The notes under the pieces are model-generated. The model searched no databases. It saw only the letters and a list, made by a program, of their open reading frames with translations, and was not told the DNA's origin. Below, piece after piece: positions 1 through 10,221 of a stretch of DNA of 64,000 nucleotides. Where the stretch lies: positions 27,991-91,990 of the forward strand of contig JAUXNU010000144.1 of assembly GCA_030682655.1 (NCBI GenBank), given 5' to 3'. The position numbers were made by a program, and so were the translations under genes. This DNA comes from Actinomycetota bacterium. Lineage in GTDB: Bacteria; Actinomycetota; Coriobacteriia; Anaerosomatales; JAUXNU01. Within the stretch, counting starts at the first letter, position 1; every line of letters begins with the position of its first letter.

Positions 1-626
1 CCTCGCGTCTCGGGAGACGCTGGTCGGTCGCGAACAGCGAGTAGTAGGACGACGATGGCGAGAGAACCAGGGATGGCCGAAAGCCAGAAGATCGTCCGGT
101 AGCCATCGGGGACGAAGGTGAGCACTGCCCACGCGATGATCGGGCCGATCGCTGCGCCGACGGTGTCCAGCGCCCGGTGCATACCGAACGCGCGACCTCT
201 CAGTTCAGGGGGCGCTGAGTCGGCGATGAGCGCGTCGCGGGGAGCGGTGCGAATACCCTTGCCCAACCGGTCGGCGAAACGCAGCAGCAGAACCGCCGGC
301 CACGAACCCGTGATCGCGAGCAAGGGCTTCATCACGTTGCTCAGGCTGTAGCCAAGGAGAATGAGGGGGCGACGGCGCTGGGTGCGGTCGGAGAACCAGC
401 CGGAGGCGACCTTGGTGAGCGACGCCGTGGCCTCGGCGATCGACTCGATGATGCCTATAGCGGTGACCGGAGCACCCAAGACGTTGACCAGGAAGAGCGG
501 GAGCACAGGGTACACGAGTTCCGAGGACGCGTCGGTGAGCAGGCTCACGATTCCAAGAGCGCGGACATTGCGCAGCTTGTGCGGCGTCCCGTCAACACTG
601 TCGGTGGTGTCGTTCGGCGCGCCCAT
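1..626 (-). CDS. MFS transporter, N-terminal part (gene runs off the left window edge)
   Basis: The reverse strand from ATG (complement of 626-624, GGAGGG 5 nt upstream) reads MGAPNDTT..GIVSLLTDASSELVYPVLPLFL..RFADRLGKGIRTAPRDALIAD... It is TM-rich and has an MFS loop2-3-like D-R-x-G-K-G motif. There is no stop before position 1, so it is missing from the ORF track. Confidence 0.7.
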   Translation of the reverse strand, partial: MGAPNDTTDSVDGTPHKLRNVRALGIVSLLTDASSELVYPVLPLFLVNVLGAPVTAIGIIESIAEATASLTKVASGWFSDRTQRRRPLILLGYSLSNVMKPLLAITGSWPAVLLLRFADRLGKGIRTAPRDALIADSAPPELRGRAFGMHRALDTVGAAIGPIIAWAVLTFVPDGYRTIFWLSAIPGSLAIVVLLLAVRDRPASPETR

Positions 627-925
627 TGCCCCCTCCTTGGCGCTCTTCGATAGAATGCTACATGATAGCGTTCGGGTCGGGGTGAGGACGTTGCCGACCG
701 GCTGAGCGCATTCCGGAGTGACGGGAGGGCCAACCTGCCCATCTGAGCATTCTTGGAATGCGCGGTAGGGAGTCGGGCTGCGGTGTCGAACACTATGAAT
801 GCCGGGTATGTCGTGCGCCGGCGACTCAAGGGCAAGTGGCGGGCGCTATTGACGGAAACGCCTGCAAGCAGGCCAAATGAGAATACGAAGCGGAGTCACG
901 GCCTCGGGGAGCATTGGGGGATTCT

Positions 926-1786
926 ATGAATCTGGTCCAGTTCAACATCTGGCTCGATACGGTTTTCACTATCATCTATGTGTGTGTGTGGCTGTTCCTC
1001 GCGTGGCACTTCTCGATGTCGATCATCAAAGGACGCTTCCGCAAGAGCTTCATCGAGGGACACTGGCCCGAGCACGACAGCCGTCCTCCGGGGCTACCCA
1101 AGTTCATCCACGCTCAGCACATGTTCATGATGATCTTGCTCGGCATCTCCGGCATGTACATCCGCTTCCCATACTTCAGCGGTGGCCGCATCGCGATGCG
1201 CTACATCCACTACTTCGCGATGATCGTCGTGACGATCAACCTCGTGTGGCGTGTCTGGTACGCGTTCTACTCCAAGGCCCGCGACTACAAGGAGTTCGCG
1301 ATCGGCAAGAAGGACGTCGCGAGTCTTGGCGGGATTCTCAAGTACTATGGCTACCTCAGCAATGAGAAGCCGCACGTGGCGAAGTACAACGTTGCGCAAA
1401 AGGCGGTCTACGACATATTCCTCCTCATGATGGTGCTGATGGCGTTCACGGGATTCGCGCTCGTCACGAAGCAGTTCATCTTCGGCTACAGCCCGCGCGA
1501 CCTCCTTGTCGGCTGGTGGCTCGGTGCGCTTGTAGGTAGCACGGACCTGGCCGGTTGGTATGCGCGCATGCTCCACTACGTTCTCAACTGGGTCTTCATT
1601 ATCATGACTACGATGCATGTCTACCTGTCTGCGACCATCGACATCCCGTGCACGCTCGACTTCTTCGGGCTCAAGGAGCTGCCGGTGAATCCGGACGCGT
1701 ATGGGCACGGCCCCGGCCACGACGATCACGGGGACTCCGATCACAACACGCCACCGACCTTCCCCGCGCCGGTGCAGCACTACTAG
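926..1786 (+). CDS. b-type cytochrome membrane subunit (HyaC/FdnI-like, cytochrome b561 family)
   Basis: Four TM helices carry conserved His residues (HAQHMF..GISGMYIRFPYF, YIHYFAM, KYNVAQKAVYD..FTGFAL, MLHYVLNW..TTMHVYLS). ATG 926 lies 5 nt after GGGGGA and was preferred over the TTG at 914. Confidence 0.6.
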   Translation: MNLVQFNIWLDTVFTIIYVCVWLFLAWHFSMSIIKGRFRKSFIEGHWPEHDSRPPGLPKFIHAQHMFMMILLGISGMYIRFPYFSGGRIAMRYIHYFAMIVVTINLVWRVWYAFYSKARDYKEFAIGKKDVASLGGILKYYGYLSNEKPHVAKYNVAQKAVYDIFLLMMVLMAFTGFALVTKQFIFGYSPRDLLVGWWLGALVGSTDLAGWYARMLHYVLNWVFIIMTTMHVYLSATIDIPCTLDFFGLKELPVNPDAYGHGPGHDDHGDSDHNTPPTFPAPVQHY

Positions 1787-1808
1787 CTCGCGTTCGTCGA
1801 GAACGGTT

Positions 1809-1843
1809 CCGGCCCGCATCGGCATCCGCCGGTAGCGGGCCGG
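1809..1843 (+). terminator. GC-rich hairpin after the cytochrome b gene
   Basis: CCGGCCCGC (1809-1817) pairs with GCGGGCCGG (1835-1843) as a 9-bp stem with a 17-nt loop, followed by ACCTTT. The U-tract is weak. Confidence 0.35.
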
Positions 1844-1865
1844 ACCTTTGAGCGTGGGGGTTGCT

Positions 1866-2129
1866 ATGGTGAACGACGACTTCATGCGGTCTATGGGCGA
1901 GACGAATGCGGACACACAGGCATTCGTCGATGGACTTGCGAGCAGGATCGCCAAGGAGAAGGAGCGCCTGGAGGCATCTCTCGCTTCGGGAGAGGTAGAG
2001 CCGGTCGGAGGTCGAGCCGACCTCGGTGCGAAACTCGATGACCTGCAGTTCGAGGTCTCGGAACTGCGGGGTATGCTCGAGTCCATGCGCGCGTCGCTTG
2101 ACTCCCTGACGGACAGCGACCACGAGTAG
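1866..2129 (+). CDS. small hypothetical acidic coiled-coil protein
   Basis: The ORF has an ATG 5 nt after GGGGG. It has heptad-like segments rich in charged residues (KEKERLEASL.., LQFEVSELRGMLESMRASL). I recognise no family. Confidence 0.4.
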   Translation: MVNDDFMRSMGETNADTQAFVDGLASRIAKEKERLEASLASGEVEPVGGRADLGAKLDDLQFEVSELRGMLESMRASLDSLTDSDHE

Positions 2130-2144
2130 CGCGAACACGCGGGG

Positions 2145-2978
2145 TCAGGTCGCCAGGGACTCCGCAGCGAGTTCGGCAGGGGACAAGACCGCATTCAGGC
2201 TTCCGGTGCGGTAGCCCTCGAGGTCTTGCGCCACAAATGAGAAGCCAGCCGCCTTTATCGCCGCCGTGACGCTGTCGCGGTTCTCCCACGCCGACTGCAT
2301 CTCATCGGGCTCCACTTCGAGCCGTGCGACCTCACCGTGCGCGCGCACCCGGAACTGGCGCAGTCCGAGATCGCGGAGCGCGGATTCAGCCGCGGCAACC
2401 ATGTGCAGCCGTTCCTCGGTGATCTCCTCACCGTAGGGGAAGCGGGACGCCAGGCACGCCATCGAAGGCTTGTCCCAGTTGGGCAGGCCAAGGAGCTGCG
2501 CAACCTCGCGTATCTCCTGCTTGGTGAACCCGACCTCACGCAGGGGGCTCACGATTCCGTACTCGCGAGCCGCACGGTTACCCGGCCGGTGGTCCGCCAG
2601 ATCGTCGACATTCGAGCCGTCGGCCACGATTCCGAGCCCGAGGTGGTCGGCGAGTGTTCTTAGAAGGCCGAAGAGCTCGGACTTGCAGTGGTAGCAGCGG
2701 TCCGGCGAGTTGGCGCGAAACGCTGGGTCAACGAGCTCGTAGGTCTCCACCTCGTGCAATCGAAGCCCTAGGTCACGGGCCACGCGCCGCGCGCACTCGA
2801 CTTCGCTGTCGGGGTACGTGTCTGAGATCGCAAGGACTGCGAGGCAGTTGCGGCCAAGTGCTACGTGGGCGCTGAATGCTAGAAGCGTCGAATCGACTCC
2901 GCCGCTGTACGCCACCATGACGCTGTCCATCTCCGCGAGAAGTTGCAGCAAAGCGTCGTACTTGGCGATCGGACTCAC
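2145..2978 (-). CDS. larE: LarE-like PP-loop ATP pyrophosphatase / sulfur transferase (TIGR00268-type)
   Basis: It has the PP-loop motif VAYSGGVDST, then DRCYHCK and SMACLASRFPYGE. The GTG start at 2978-2976 lies 10 nt after GGGAGAGG. The 104-codon N-terminal extension in the ORF track has no homology-like content. Confidence 0.75.
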   Translation of the reverse strand: MSPIAKYDALLQLLAEMDSVMVAYSGGVDSTLLAFSAHVALGRNCLAVLAISDTYPDSEVECARRVARDLGLRLHEVETYELVDPAFRANSPDRCYHCKSELFGLLRTLADHLGLGIVADGSNVDDLADHRPGNRAAREYGIVSPLREVGFTKQEIREVAQLLGLPNWDKPSMACLASRFPYGEEITEERLHMVAAAESALRDLGLRQFRVRAHGEVARLEVEPDEMQSAWENRDSVTAAIKAAGFSFVAQDLEGYRTGSLNAVLSPAELAAESLAT

Positions 2979-3186
2979 GAGTGTGGAGCCTCTCCCAGTT
3001 CCGGCAGATGGGGGGTTCAGTATAGTCCCTTCGGTTGCTGCCGTGACCTGACCGCGTGGGTCTTTCCGAACAGCGGCGGCATTTCCCCGAAGAGCGGGAG
3101 AGTTGCTGCCAAGCGCGAAGCAGGGCACGATAGACGGGAAGGTGAAGTAGTCCAGATATGCGACTGGCAACGCTTTGGGAGGCGGC

Positions 3187-5184
3187 ATGACGGACAACGG
3201 TTTGGACAAGGGATTCGAGCACCTGGCTTCCGAGGAGAGCGTCTTCGCACCACGCGAAGACATTGCGCGCGATGCGATCGTCGGGAGCATGGAACGCTAC
3301 CAGGAGCTCTACCAGCGCTCTCTCGATGATCCGGACGGTTTCTGGGGGGACATGGCGAGAGAGCATCTCACCTGGATCGAGCCGTTCAAGACCGTAGGGA
3401 GCGGCGACTTCGAGAAGCTGGACTACACGTGGTTCGACGGTGGGAAGCTGAACGTCTCGGCCAACTGCCTTGATCGGCATCTCGGGACATGGCGTCGCAA
3501 CAAGGCGGCTCTCATCTGGGAAGGTGACGACGGGAGTACGCGGACGTTCACCTATCAGCACCTGCACCATGAGGTCTGCAAGTTCGCGAACGTTCTACGC
3601 AAGAAGGGTGTCGAGAAGGGCGATCGTGTGGCCATCTACCTCCCGATGGTCCCCGAGCTTCCGATCGCTATGCTGGCGTGCACGCGGATCGGCGCCATCC
3701 ACTCGGTGATCTTCGGCGGGTTCAGTTCCTCGGCGCTCAAAGGGCGCATCCAGGACTGCGGCGCCAGATTGCTCATCACGGCAGACGAAGGCATTCGCGG
3801 CGGCCGCAAGGTGCCGCTCAAGGTCGCCGCCGACGAGGCGCTGTTCGAGTGCCCGAGCGTGGAGGCCTGCATCGTCGTCAAGCGCGGCGCCGGCGACGTG
3901 GACATGGAGCCCGGGCGCGACACCTGGTGGCACCAGGAGATCACCGCACCCGAGGTGCGCAAGCGCAACGAGCCCGAGCCGATGGACTCAGAAGACCCGC
4001 TGTTCATCCTGTACACGTCGGGTTCCACCGGCAAGCCCAAGGGCGTTCTGCACACGACCGCAGGCTACCTGCTCTACACGACGCTATCGTTCAAGACGGT
4101 CTTCGACTACAAGGACGAGGACGTGTTCTGGTGCACCGCCGACATCGGCTGGGTCACCGGGCACAGTTACATCGTCTACGGACCGCTTGCTGCAGGAGCA
4201 ACGACGATCATGTTCGAGGGCATCCCGACCTATCCCGACCCGGGGCGCTTCTGGTACGTCATCGAGAAGTTCCAGGTCAACACGTTCTACACCGCGCCGA
4301 CGGCCATTCGGGCGCTCATGCGCTACGGCGACGGGTGGCCGGAGCGCTACGACCTGTCGAGTCTGCGCGTCCTCGGCACTGTGGGCGAGCCGATAAACCC
4401 GGAAGTGTGGTCGTGGTATCACCGCGTCATCGGCAAGAGCGCGGTGCCGATCGTCGACACCTACTGGCAGACCGAGACCGGCGGGTTCCTGATCACGCCG
4501 TTCCCGGGAGCCACGCCGCTGAAGCCGGGCAGTGCGACCGTGCCGTTCTTCGGCGTGGAGCCGAAGGTGATTCGCGAGGACGGCAGCGAGGCCGACACCA
4601 ACGAGGGAGGCTACCTCGTGGTCGATCGTCCTTGGCCAGGCATGATGCGCGGAACGTGGGGCGATCCGGACCACAAGCGAATGCGCGAGGTCTACTTCGA
4701 GCGTTTTCCCGGGCGCTACTTCACCGGCGACGGAGCGCGACAGGACGCCGACGGGTACTTCTGGCTCCTTGGCCGTGTCGACGACGTCATCAACGTGAGC
4801 GGCCACAGGCTCGGTACGGCGGAGGTCGAGAGCGCGCTCGTTTCGCACGAAGCCGTGAGCGAGGCCGCTGTGGTCGGATTCCCGCACCCGGTCAAAGGCG
4901 AGGGCATCCACGCGTTCGTCATCCTGCGCGAGGGCCAGCTGCCATCGGAGGACCTGGCGAGCATGCTGAAGGGTCACGTGCGCAAGGTCATCGGTCCCAT
5001 TGCCAAGCCGGACCGGATCCAGTTCGCACGCGATGTGCCAAAGACGCGTTCGGGCAAGATCATGCGGAGGATCCTGCGCAAGATGGCTGCGGGCGAGACG
5101 GACATGGAGGCGTTCGGCGACATCTCGACGCTTGCCGACCCGAAGGTCGTGAAGGAGCTACTGATGGGAGCGGACTCCTACTGA
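3187..5184 (+). CDS. acs: acetyl-CoA synthetase (AMP-forming)
   Basis: Motifs [52 protein letters not shown] and [11 protein letters not shown] are present. ATG 3187 follows GGGAGGCGG. Confidence 0.95.
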   Translation: MTDNGLDKGFEHLASEESVFAPREDIARDAIVGSMERYQELYQRSLDDPDGFWGDMAREHLTWIEPFKTVGSGDFEKLDYTWFDGGKLNVSANCLDRHLGTWRRNKAALIWEGDDGSTRTFTYQHLHHEVCKFANVLRKKGVEKGDRVAIYLPMVPELPIAMLACTRIGAIHSVIFGGFSSSALKGRIQDCGARLLITADEGIRGGRKVPLKVAADEALFECPSVEACIVVKRGAGDVDMEPGRDTWWHQEITAPEVRKRNEPEPMDSEDPLFILYTSGSTGKPKGVLHTTAGYLLYTTLSFKTVFDYKDEDVFWCTADIGWVTGHSYIVYGPLAAGATTIMFEGIPTYPDPGRFWYVIEKFQVNTFYTAPTAIRALMRYGDGWPERYDLSSLRVLGTVGEPINPEVWSWYHRVIGKSAVPIVDTYWQTETGGFLITPFPGATPLKPGSATVPFFGVEPKVIREDGSEADTNEGGYLVVDRPWPGMMRGTWGDPDHKRMREVYFERFPGRYFTGDGARQDADGYFWLLGRVDDVINVSGHRLGTAEVESALVSHEAVSEAAVVGFPHPVKGEGIHAFVILREGQLPSEDLASMLKGHVRKVIGPIAKPDRIQFARDVPKTRSGKIMRRILRKMAAGETDMEAFGDISTLADPKVVKELLMGADSY

Positions 5185-5765
5185 CTCTGCGGTCCCGGGC
5201 CTCGCTCGGGATCCCAATAGATGTTGCCGCAGCCGCCGCGCTCGTTCGCGAAGATCGCGGCCGCGAACAGGAGGTCGCTCAGACGGTTGACGAATGCCAG
5301 CACATCGCTGTCGACAGCGTCTTCCTCGGCCAGGTCGAGCAGCGAGCGCTCCGCCCGGCGCACGACTGTGCGGGCGACGTGCAGCCGCGCCGCCGACTCG
5401 CAGCCGAAGGGGAGAACGAAGCCCTCGACGCTGGTCGCGGACATGAAGCGATCGATGGCGGCTTCGAGGACCGTGACGTCGTCGGGCGTGACGACGGGTG
5501 TCGCGTCACCGACGGCCTGCGTCGGGGTCGCGGTGTTGCTCGAGCAGTTGAAGAGGCGGTGCTGGGCGAAGTCCAGGATCGCATCGAGTTCGCGGTCGTC
5601 CTCGGCGAGCATCTCGAGGCAGGCCCGTGCTAGACCGACTGCGGAGTTCGCCTCGTCGAGCGTGCCATACGCGGCGACTCGCGCGGAGTTCTTGGTGACG
5701 CGCGATCCGTCTGCAAGTGACGTCTCGCCCTCGTCGCCTCGGCGCGTATAGATCGGTCCGCTCAT
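5178..5765 (-). CDS. ATP:cob(I)alamin adenosyltransferase, PduO/MMAB type
   Basis: The protein reads [37 protein letters not shown].. and has a typical PduO-type length (195 aa). It is convergent with acs and overlaps it by 7 nt. Confidence 0.85.
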   Translation of the reverse strand: MSGPIYTRRGDEGETSLADGSRVTKNSARVAAYGTLDEANSAVGLARACLEMLAEDDRELDAILDFAQHRLFNCSSNTATPTQAVGDATPVVTPDDVTVLEAAIDRFMSATSVEGFVLPFGCESAARLHVARTVVRRAERSLLDLAEEDAVDSDVLAFVNRLSDLLFAAAIFANERGGCGNIYWDPERGPGPQSQ

Positions 5766-5840
5766 GAGGTTCTCCCGTCTCCCATATGCTCTTGCACCAC
5801 TCTAGCGGAAGCATTCCCCTCACAGCGTCCGGTCACGCGC

Positions 5841-5849
5841 TGGTACACT
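5841..5849 (+). promoter_or_regulatory. putative extended -10 promoter element (TGGTACACT) for the SHOCT gene
   Basis: It matches the TGnTAYACT motif that recurs upstream of other genes in this window (21420, 29383, 35780). It lies 29 nt upstream of the ATG at 5878. Confidence 0.35.
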
Positions 5850-5877
5850 TGGCACGTACAGCTGCCAAGGAGGCGCA

Positions 5878-6150
5878 ATGTTCGGTATCGGCCCGATGGA
5901 ACTCCTCATCCTCGTCACCATCATCGCACTCGTGTTCGGCCCGGGTGCCGTCGTGCTGTGGATCCTCACGCGTGCGAAAGACGCTGCCGCGCCGCCCGCG
6001 CCGCCTATGCACGACAACGCGCTCGACATCGCGCGCGAGCGGTACGCGCGAGGCGAGATCGATGCTGAGCAGCTCGCGGAGATCACGCGGACGCTGGGCT
6101 ACGATGACGATGCCGAATCGCCGGACGAGGGTCCGGTCTCCAGCAGCTGA
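5878..6150 (+). CDS. small membrane protein with C-terminal SHOCT domain
   Basis: A strong RBS (AAGGAGG) precedes the ATG. An N-terminal TM helix (MFGIGPMELLILVTIIALVFGPG) is followed by the SHOCT-like segment ARERYARGEIDAEQLAEI. Confidence 0.6.
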   Translation: MFGIGPMELLILVTIIALVFGPGAVVLWILTRAKDAAAPPAPPMHDNALDIARERYARGEIDAEQLAEITRTLGYDDDAESPDEGPVSSS

Positions 6151-6163
6151 GCCGTCGGTCTCC

Positions 6164-8434
6164 CTAGCGCAGCTTCCGGAGCCGCATCGCAAGCTGGCCA
6201 AGGAGACCCGCTTCGCGCGGCACTTCGCCGGCGGCATCGGTGAGGCGGAAGACGTCGTGTGCCGTGCCTCCGCGAGTCGTCGCAGTGACCGACTGGATGT
6301 CGAGTCCGGACTCGGCGATGGCCCGGGCGATGTCGTAGAGCAGCCCGACCCGGTCGGCGGCGTGTACGACAAGCACTGCGGCGAACGGGTCGTCGGTGTC
6401 GATTGTGACCTTCGGCCGCGCCTGCGATGACGGGCGATAGTGCCGCTGCCGTTCCGCAAGCCTCACTCCAATGGCGAGTCGCCCGCGCAGAGCTGCGCTC
6501 AGGTTGCGCTCCAGGCGTGTCCAGCTCTGCGGGTCGACAGCGGCCAGCGTTGCGGAACGCACCGTGAAGGTGTCGAGGGCTATTCCTTGGCTGGTCGAGG
6601 TCGCTTCCACGCCAAGGATGTCGAGCCCGGAGAGAGCGATCACACCGGCGAGCGTTGCGAACAGGCCTGTGCGGTCAGGAGTGGCCACGGCAAGCCGGTA
6701 CGCGCCGTCAAAGGGCCCGAGCGTCACCTCGGTGGCGCTGGTTCGGGGGGCTCCTGCCGCGCTTGCACGGGCGACGAGCTCGGCGTGGCGGACGACGTCG
6801 GCCGGAGTCCGATCGGAGAGGTAACGGACATGTGCGTCGAGCACGAAGGCCCTGCGTCTCCCGTCGGTGTCGCCACGGACGAGCGAGAGAGCGGCGGTGC
6901 GCACGTCTTCGGCACGCGCTGCCATTCCCGCCCTGTCGACGTCGTTTGACAGCGCAGCGTCAAGCCGGGTCACCAGCTTGCCAAGGAGGGCCGCGTGCCA
7001 ATCCGACCATGCGCCCGGTCCAGTCGCGATCGAGTCGGCGACCGTCAGGACGTGCAGGGGGGCCACGAGACTGCGCTTCCCTATGCGATCGGCTGCCAGG
7101 AGGACGGCGTCCTCGTCGTCGAGATCCCGGTGAGTGGCTGTGTCTGCGAGGACCAGGTGGTTTTCAACGAGACTGGATACGTCGCCCGCGCGGTCTGCGA
7201 GTCCGAAGAGGAGTGCGGTTGCGCGGGCGGCGGTCGCTCCTCGCTCGGCATGGGACGGCCCGGGTTGCTCCTTGCCGATGTCATGGACGAGTGCGGCAAC
7301 GATCGGGACGCGCATGTCGGGGATGGCTGTCACCGAGCGCGCGGTCACGGTGTCGACACCCTCGCGGCCAGCGGCAACGTCGCCGATGATTGCTGCCGAC
7401 GCGAGACAGTGGGCACCGACGGTCAGAGTGTGCGCGAGTCCCGGACGGCGCAGCGTCATGAGCGCGCGCATACCGGGAATGAGATGATCGAGCCTTCCCG
7501 ACCATGCCGCCTCCTCAAGGGCGGGAAGCGCGGTGCGACCGGTGGCAAGTGACTCGACGATCTGCGCGGGGGACAGTCGCGCAGTCTCTGCCGGTCTCTC
7601 GCGGAGAGTTCGGCGTCGGGCTCGGTCGACCAGATGAAACGTGTCGGCAAGTGCCTGCTGGACACACTCCAGGTTGACCCGGGCGCCTGAGACCACCTCC
7701 TCGTCGAGCGTCGGTCCGGCTCCGGCGAGCTGGAGTTCCCACCGCGCGGTGGCGACTGCATCAGCTGCGGCATTCAGCCGCTCGAGTTCCGCGGGCTCGA
7801 GCACGCCAAGCGAGACGAGCGCGGAGGGGTCGGATTGCGGCGCCCCGGTGAGCACTGCGGCCGTCCAGGTGAGTTCATCGAAGTCGCGCCGCCCGCCCGC
7901 GCCCTCTTTGAGGTTAGGCTCAAGCAGGTACGGCGAGCCTGGCCGGGGTCGGCTGTGGAGCTCGCGCAACACCCGCGTTCTGCGTTTCCGGGCATCGGCA
8001 GCGCAGGCGTGAAGGACGTCTGCACCCAGCAGGTCGTCCCCGGCGATGGTGCGACCCGATAGCGTGGCAGTCAGCGTCGGCATGTCGGTGCGAACCGCCA
8101 GAAGCTGCTGCTTGCGGGTCCGCACCTGGTGGCCGACCTTGAGTCCTGCGTCCCAGAGCGGGTAGAGGAGGGCTTCGACAAAGGGCTTGAGGGTTGCCGG
8201 ACACGCGTTCGAGATCACCAGCAAGTCGAGATCGCTGCCGGGAAGGAGGGCGCCGGACCCGTATCCCCCAAGCGCGATGAGCGCCCAGGACGTTTGCGCG
8301 TCCAGGGACGTAGCAGCCTTCCCGGCGAGGTCGGCAAGCGCCTCGTCGGCCAGGCGAGCCAACCGCCGCGCCGAGGCTGTCCCCGGCACGGCGGTCGATA
8401 TGAGTCTCTCTCTTTGCGAGAGGTGGTCTTGCAT
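6164..8434 (-). CDS. glnD: [protein-PII] uridylyltransferase/uridylyl-removing enzyme
   Basis: It has a nucleotidyltransferase motif (LGGYGSGALLPGSDLDLL), an HD domain (ALVHDIGK) and two C-terminal ACT-like repeats. It lies downstream of amt-glnK. Confidence 0.85.
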   Translation of the reverse strand: MQDHLSQRERLISTAVPGTASARRLARLADEALADLAGKAATSLDAQTSWALIALGGYGSGALLPGSDLDLLVISNACPATLKPFVEALLYPLWDAGLKVGHQVRTRKQQLLAVRTDMPTLTATLSGRTIAGDDLLGADVLHACAADARKRRTRVLRELHSRPRPGSPYLLEPNLKEGAGGRRDFDELTWTAAVLTGAPQSDPSALVSLGVLEPAELERLNAAADAVATARWELQLAGAGPTLDEEVVSGARVNLECVQQALADTFHLVDRARRRTLRERPAETARLSPAQIVESLATGRTALPALEEAAWSGRLDHLIPGMRALMTLRRPGLAHTLTVGAHCLASAAIIGDVAAGREGVDTVTARSVTAIPDMRVPIVAALVHDIGKEQPGPSHAERGATAARATALLFGLADRAGDVSSLVENHLVLADTATHRDLDDEDAVLLAADRIGKRSLVAPLHVLTVADSIATGPGAWSDWHAALLGKLVTRLDAALSNDVDRAGMAARAEDVRTAALSLVRGDTDGRRRAFVLDAHVRYLSDRTPADVVRHAELVARASAAGAPRTSATEVTLGPFDGAYRLAVATPDRTGLFATLAGVIALSGLDILGVEATSTSQGIALDTFTVRSATLAAVDPQSWTRLERNLSAALRGRLAIGVRLAERQRHYRPSSQARPKVTIDTDDPFAAVLVVHAADRVGLLYDIARAIAESGLDIQSVTATTRGGTAHDVFRLTDAAGEVPREAGLLGQLAMRLRKLR

Positions 8435-8451
8435 GTGCGAGTCGCCGGCTC

Positions 8452-8802
<351 letters not shown>

Positions 8803-8843
8803 TCACTGGGTCGTCGAAAGGTTGCGTAGCGCCAAGGCGACCG

Positions 8844-10145
8844 CTAGGCCGTCGTGTCTGTCAGGACGAAGTCTGGGTAGGCACGGTTGCCGTGTTCACC
8901 GATGTCCAGGCCCTCGAGCTCCTCTTCCTCGCTTACGCGGATGCCGATGATCGCCTTGATGCCAAGCCATGCGACCATCGACGCGGCGAACACCGCTACG
9001 CCGACGGCCGCGATCCCGGTGAGCTGGCTCAGAAGCAGCCCCGTGCCGCCGCCGAAGAACAGGCCGTCCCCGGTCGTCCCCGGCATGAAGACGTCCTGAG
9101 CGAACAGTCCTACCGCCAATGTTCCGAAGATGCCGCCCATGCCGTGCACGGCGATCGCGCCTACCGGGTCGTCGAGGTGGACCTTGTCAAGGAACAGCAC
9201 GCCGAGAACGATCAGAATGCCCGCGAGCGCGCCGATGATGAGCGAGCTCGCGACACTGACGTAGGCGCAGCCGGCCGTGATTCCCACGAGTCCGGCGAGT
9301 GCGCCGTTGATGGTCATACCCACGTCCGGCTTGCCAAGAAGTCGCCATGCGATGGCGGTCGCCGCGAGTGCTCCGGCGGCAGCAGCCACGTTCGTCGTCA
9401 CGATGATGCGCGAGATGGCGTCAGGATCGGCGGCCATCGTGGAGCCGGGGTTGAACCCGAACCACCCGAACCACAGCACAAGGCAGCCGGTCATGGCGGA
9501 GGTCATGTTGTGACCTGGGATCGGGCGCACGCTTCCGTCCTTGGCGTATTTGCCGATGCGCGGGCCAAGGACGAGGACACCGGCGAGCGCCGCCCACGCA
9601 CCGACGGAGTGTACGACTGTCGAGCCTGCGAAATCGAAGAAGCCGAGTTCCGCGAGCCAGCCGCCGCCCCAGATCCAATGGCCGATGACCGGGTAGATGA
9701 AGGCGACGAGGATGAAGGAAAACACGATGAAGGACACGTACTTGATGCGCTCGGCGACCGCACCCGAGACGATAGTCGCGGCGGTTCCGGCGAATACGAG
9801 CTGGAAGAAGAACTTCGCCAGAAGCGGAACCCCGGTCCAGCTCATTGCCGAGTACACGCCGGAGTAGGCGTCCCCGACGGCCGGACTGTTGTCGGCGCCG
9901 CCCGCGAAGAACAGTCCCTTGAGGCCGATGAAGGCGTTGCCGTCGCCGTACATGAGCCCCCACCCGATGACCAGGAATGCGATGGTGGCCACGGCGAACA
10001 CCACGAAGTTCTTCGAGATGATGTTCACCGTGTTCTTCGCGCGGGCGAAGCCCGACTCCACCAGGGCGAACCCGAGGTTCATGAAGAACACCAGCATGCC
10101 CGCAATGAGCACCCACATGGTGTCTACTGCGACTTTCATGTCCAT
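8844..10145 (-). CDS. amt: ammonium transporter
   Basis: Amt/MEP signatures are present (FALVESG, DFAGSTVVHSVGAWAAL, VHGMGGIFGTLAVGLF). It has about 11 TM helices and sits upstream of glnK. Confidence 0.95.
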   Translation of the reverse strand: MDMKVAVDTMWVLIAGMLVFFMNLGFALVESGFARAKNTVNIISKNFVVFAVATIAFLVIGWGLMYGDGNAFIGLKGLFFAGGADNSPAVGDAYSGVYSAMSWTGVPLLAKFFFQLVFAGTAATIVSGAVAERIKYVSFIVFSFILVAFIYPVIGHWIWGGGWLAELGFFDFAGSTVVHSVGAWAALAGVLVLGPRIGKYAKDGSVRPIPGHNMTSAMTGCLVLWFGWFGFNPGSTMAADPDAISRIIVTTNVAAAAGALAATAIAWRLLGKPDVGMTINGALAGLVGITAGCAYVSVASSLIIGALAGILIVLGVLFLDKVHLDDPVGAIAVHGMGGIFGTLAVGLFAQDVFMPGTTGDGLFFGGGTGLLLSQLTGIAAVGVAVFAASMVAWLGIKAIIGIRVSEEEELEGLDIGEHGNRAYPDFVLTDTTA

Positions 10146-10221
10146 GCGTACCCTCCTCTTGGAGCCAGAACCATCGGCCCCAGTGCGATGTCTCGTACTA
10201 CCGTGAGAATCGCCGAGGAGT

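Noticed and set aside
5178-5184. The acs and adenosyltransferase genes converge and overlap by 7 nt.
   Set aside because: This is simple overlap of stop codons in a compact genome, with no evidence of regulatory significance.
3678-5633. A 651-aa ORF in an alternative frame spans acs and the adenosyltransferase gene. Similar long shadow ORFs occur at 1094-2194(-), 8892-10247(+), 19964-21472(+), 54333-56504(-), 56903-58651(-), 60923-62158(-) and 34650-35732(-).
   Set aside because: - All of them overlap genes with unmistakable family motifs in another frame or strand.
- Their translations are Arg/Pro/Gly/His-rich low-complexity sequence, typical of stop-poor alternative frames in high-GC DNA.
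- None has a convincing RBS or recognisable motif.
5849-5868. TTGGCACGTACAGCTGC upstream of the SHOCT gene looks like a sigma-54 -24 element (TGGCACG).
   Set aside because: - The nearest GC dinucleotides are one position off the obligatory GG-N10-GC spacing.
- A TGGTACACT extended -10 immediately upstream explains transcription.
- The TGGCA is also part of a TTGGCA/TGCCAA inverted repeat.
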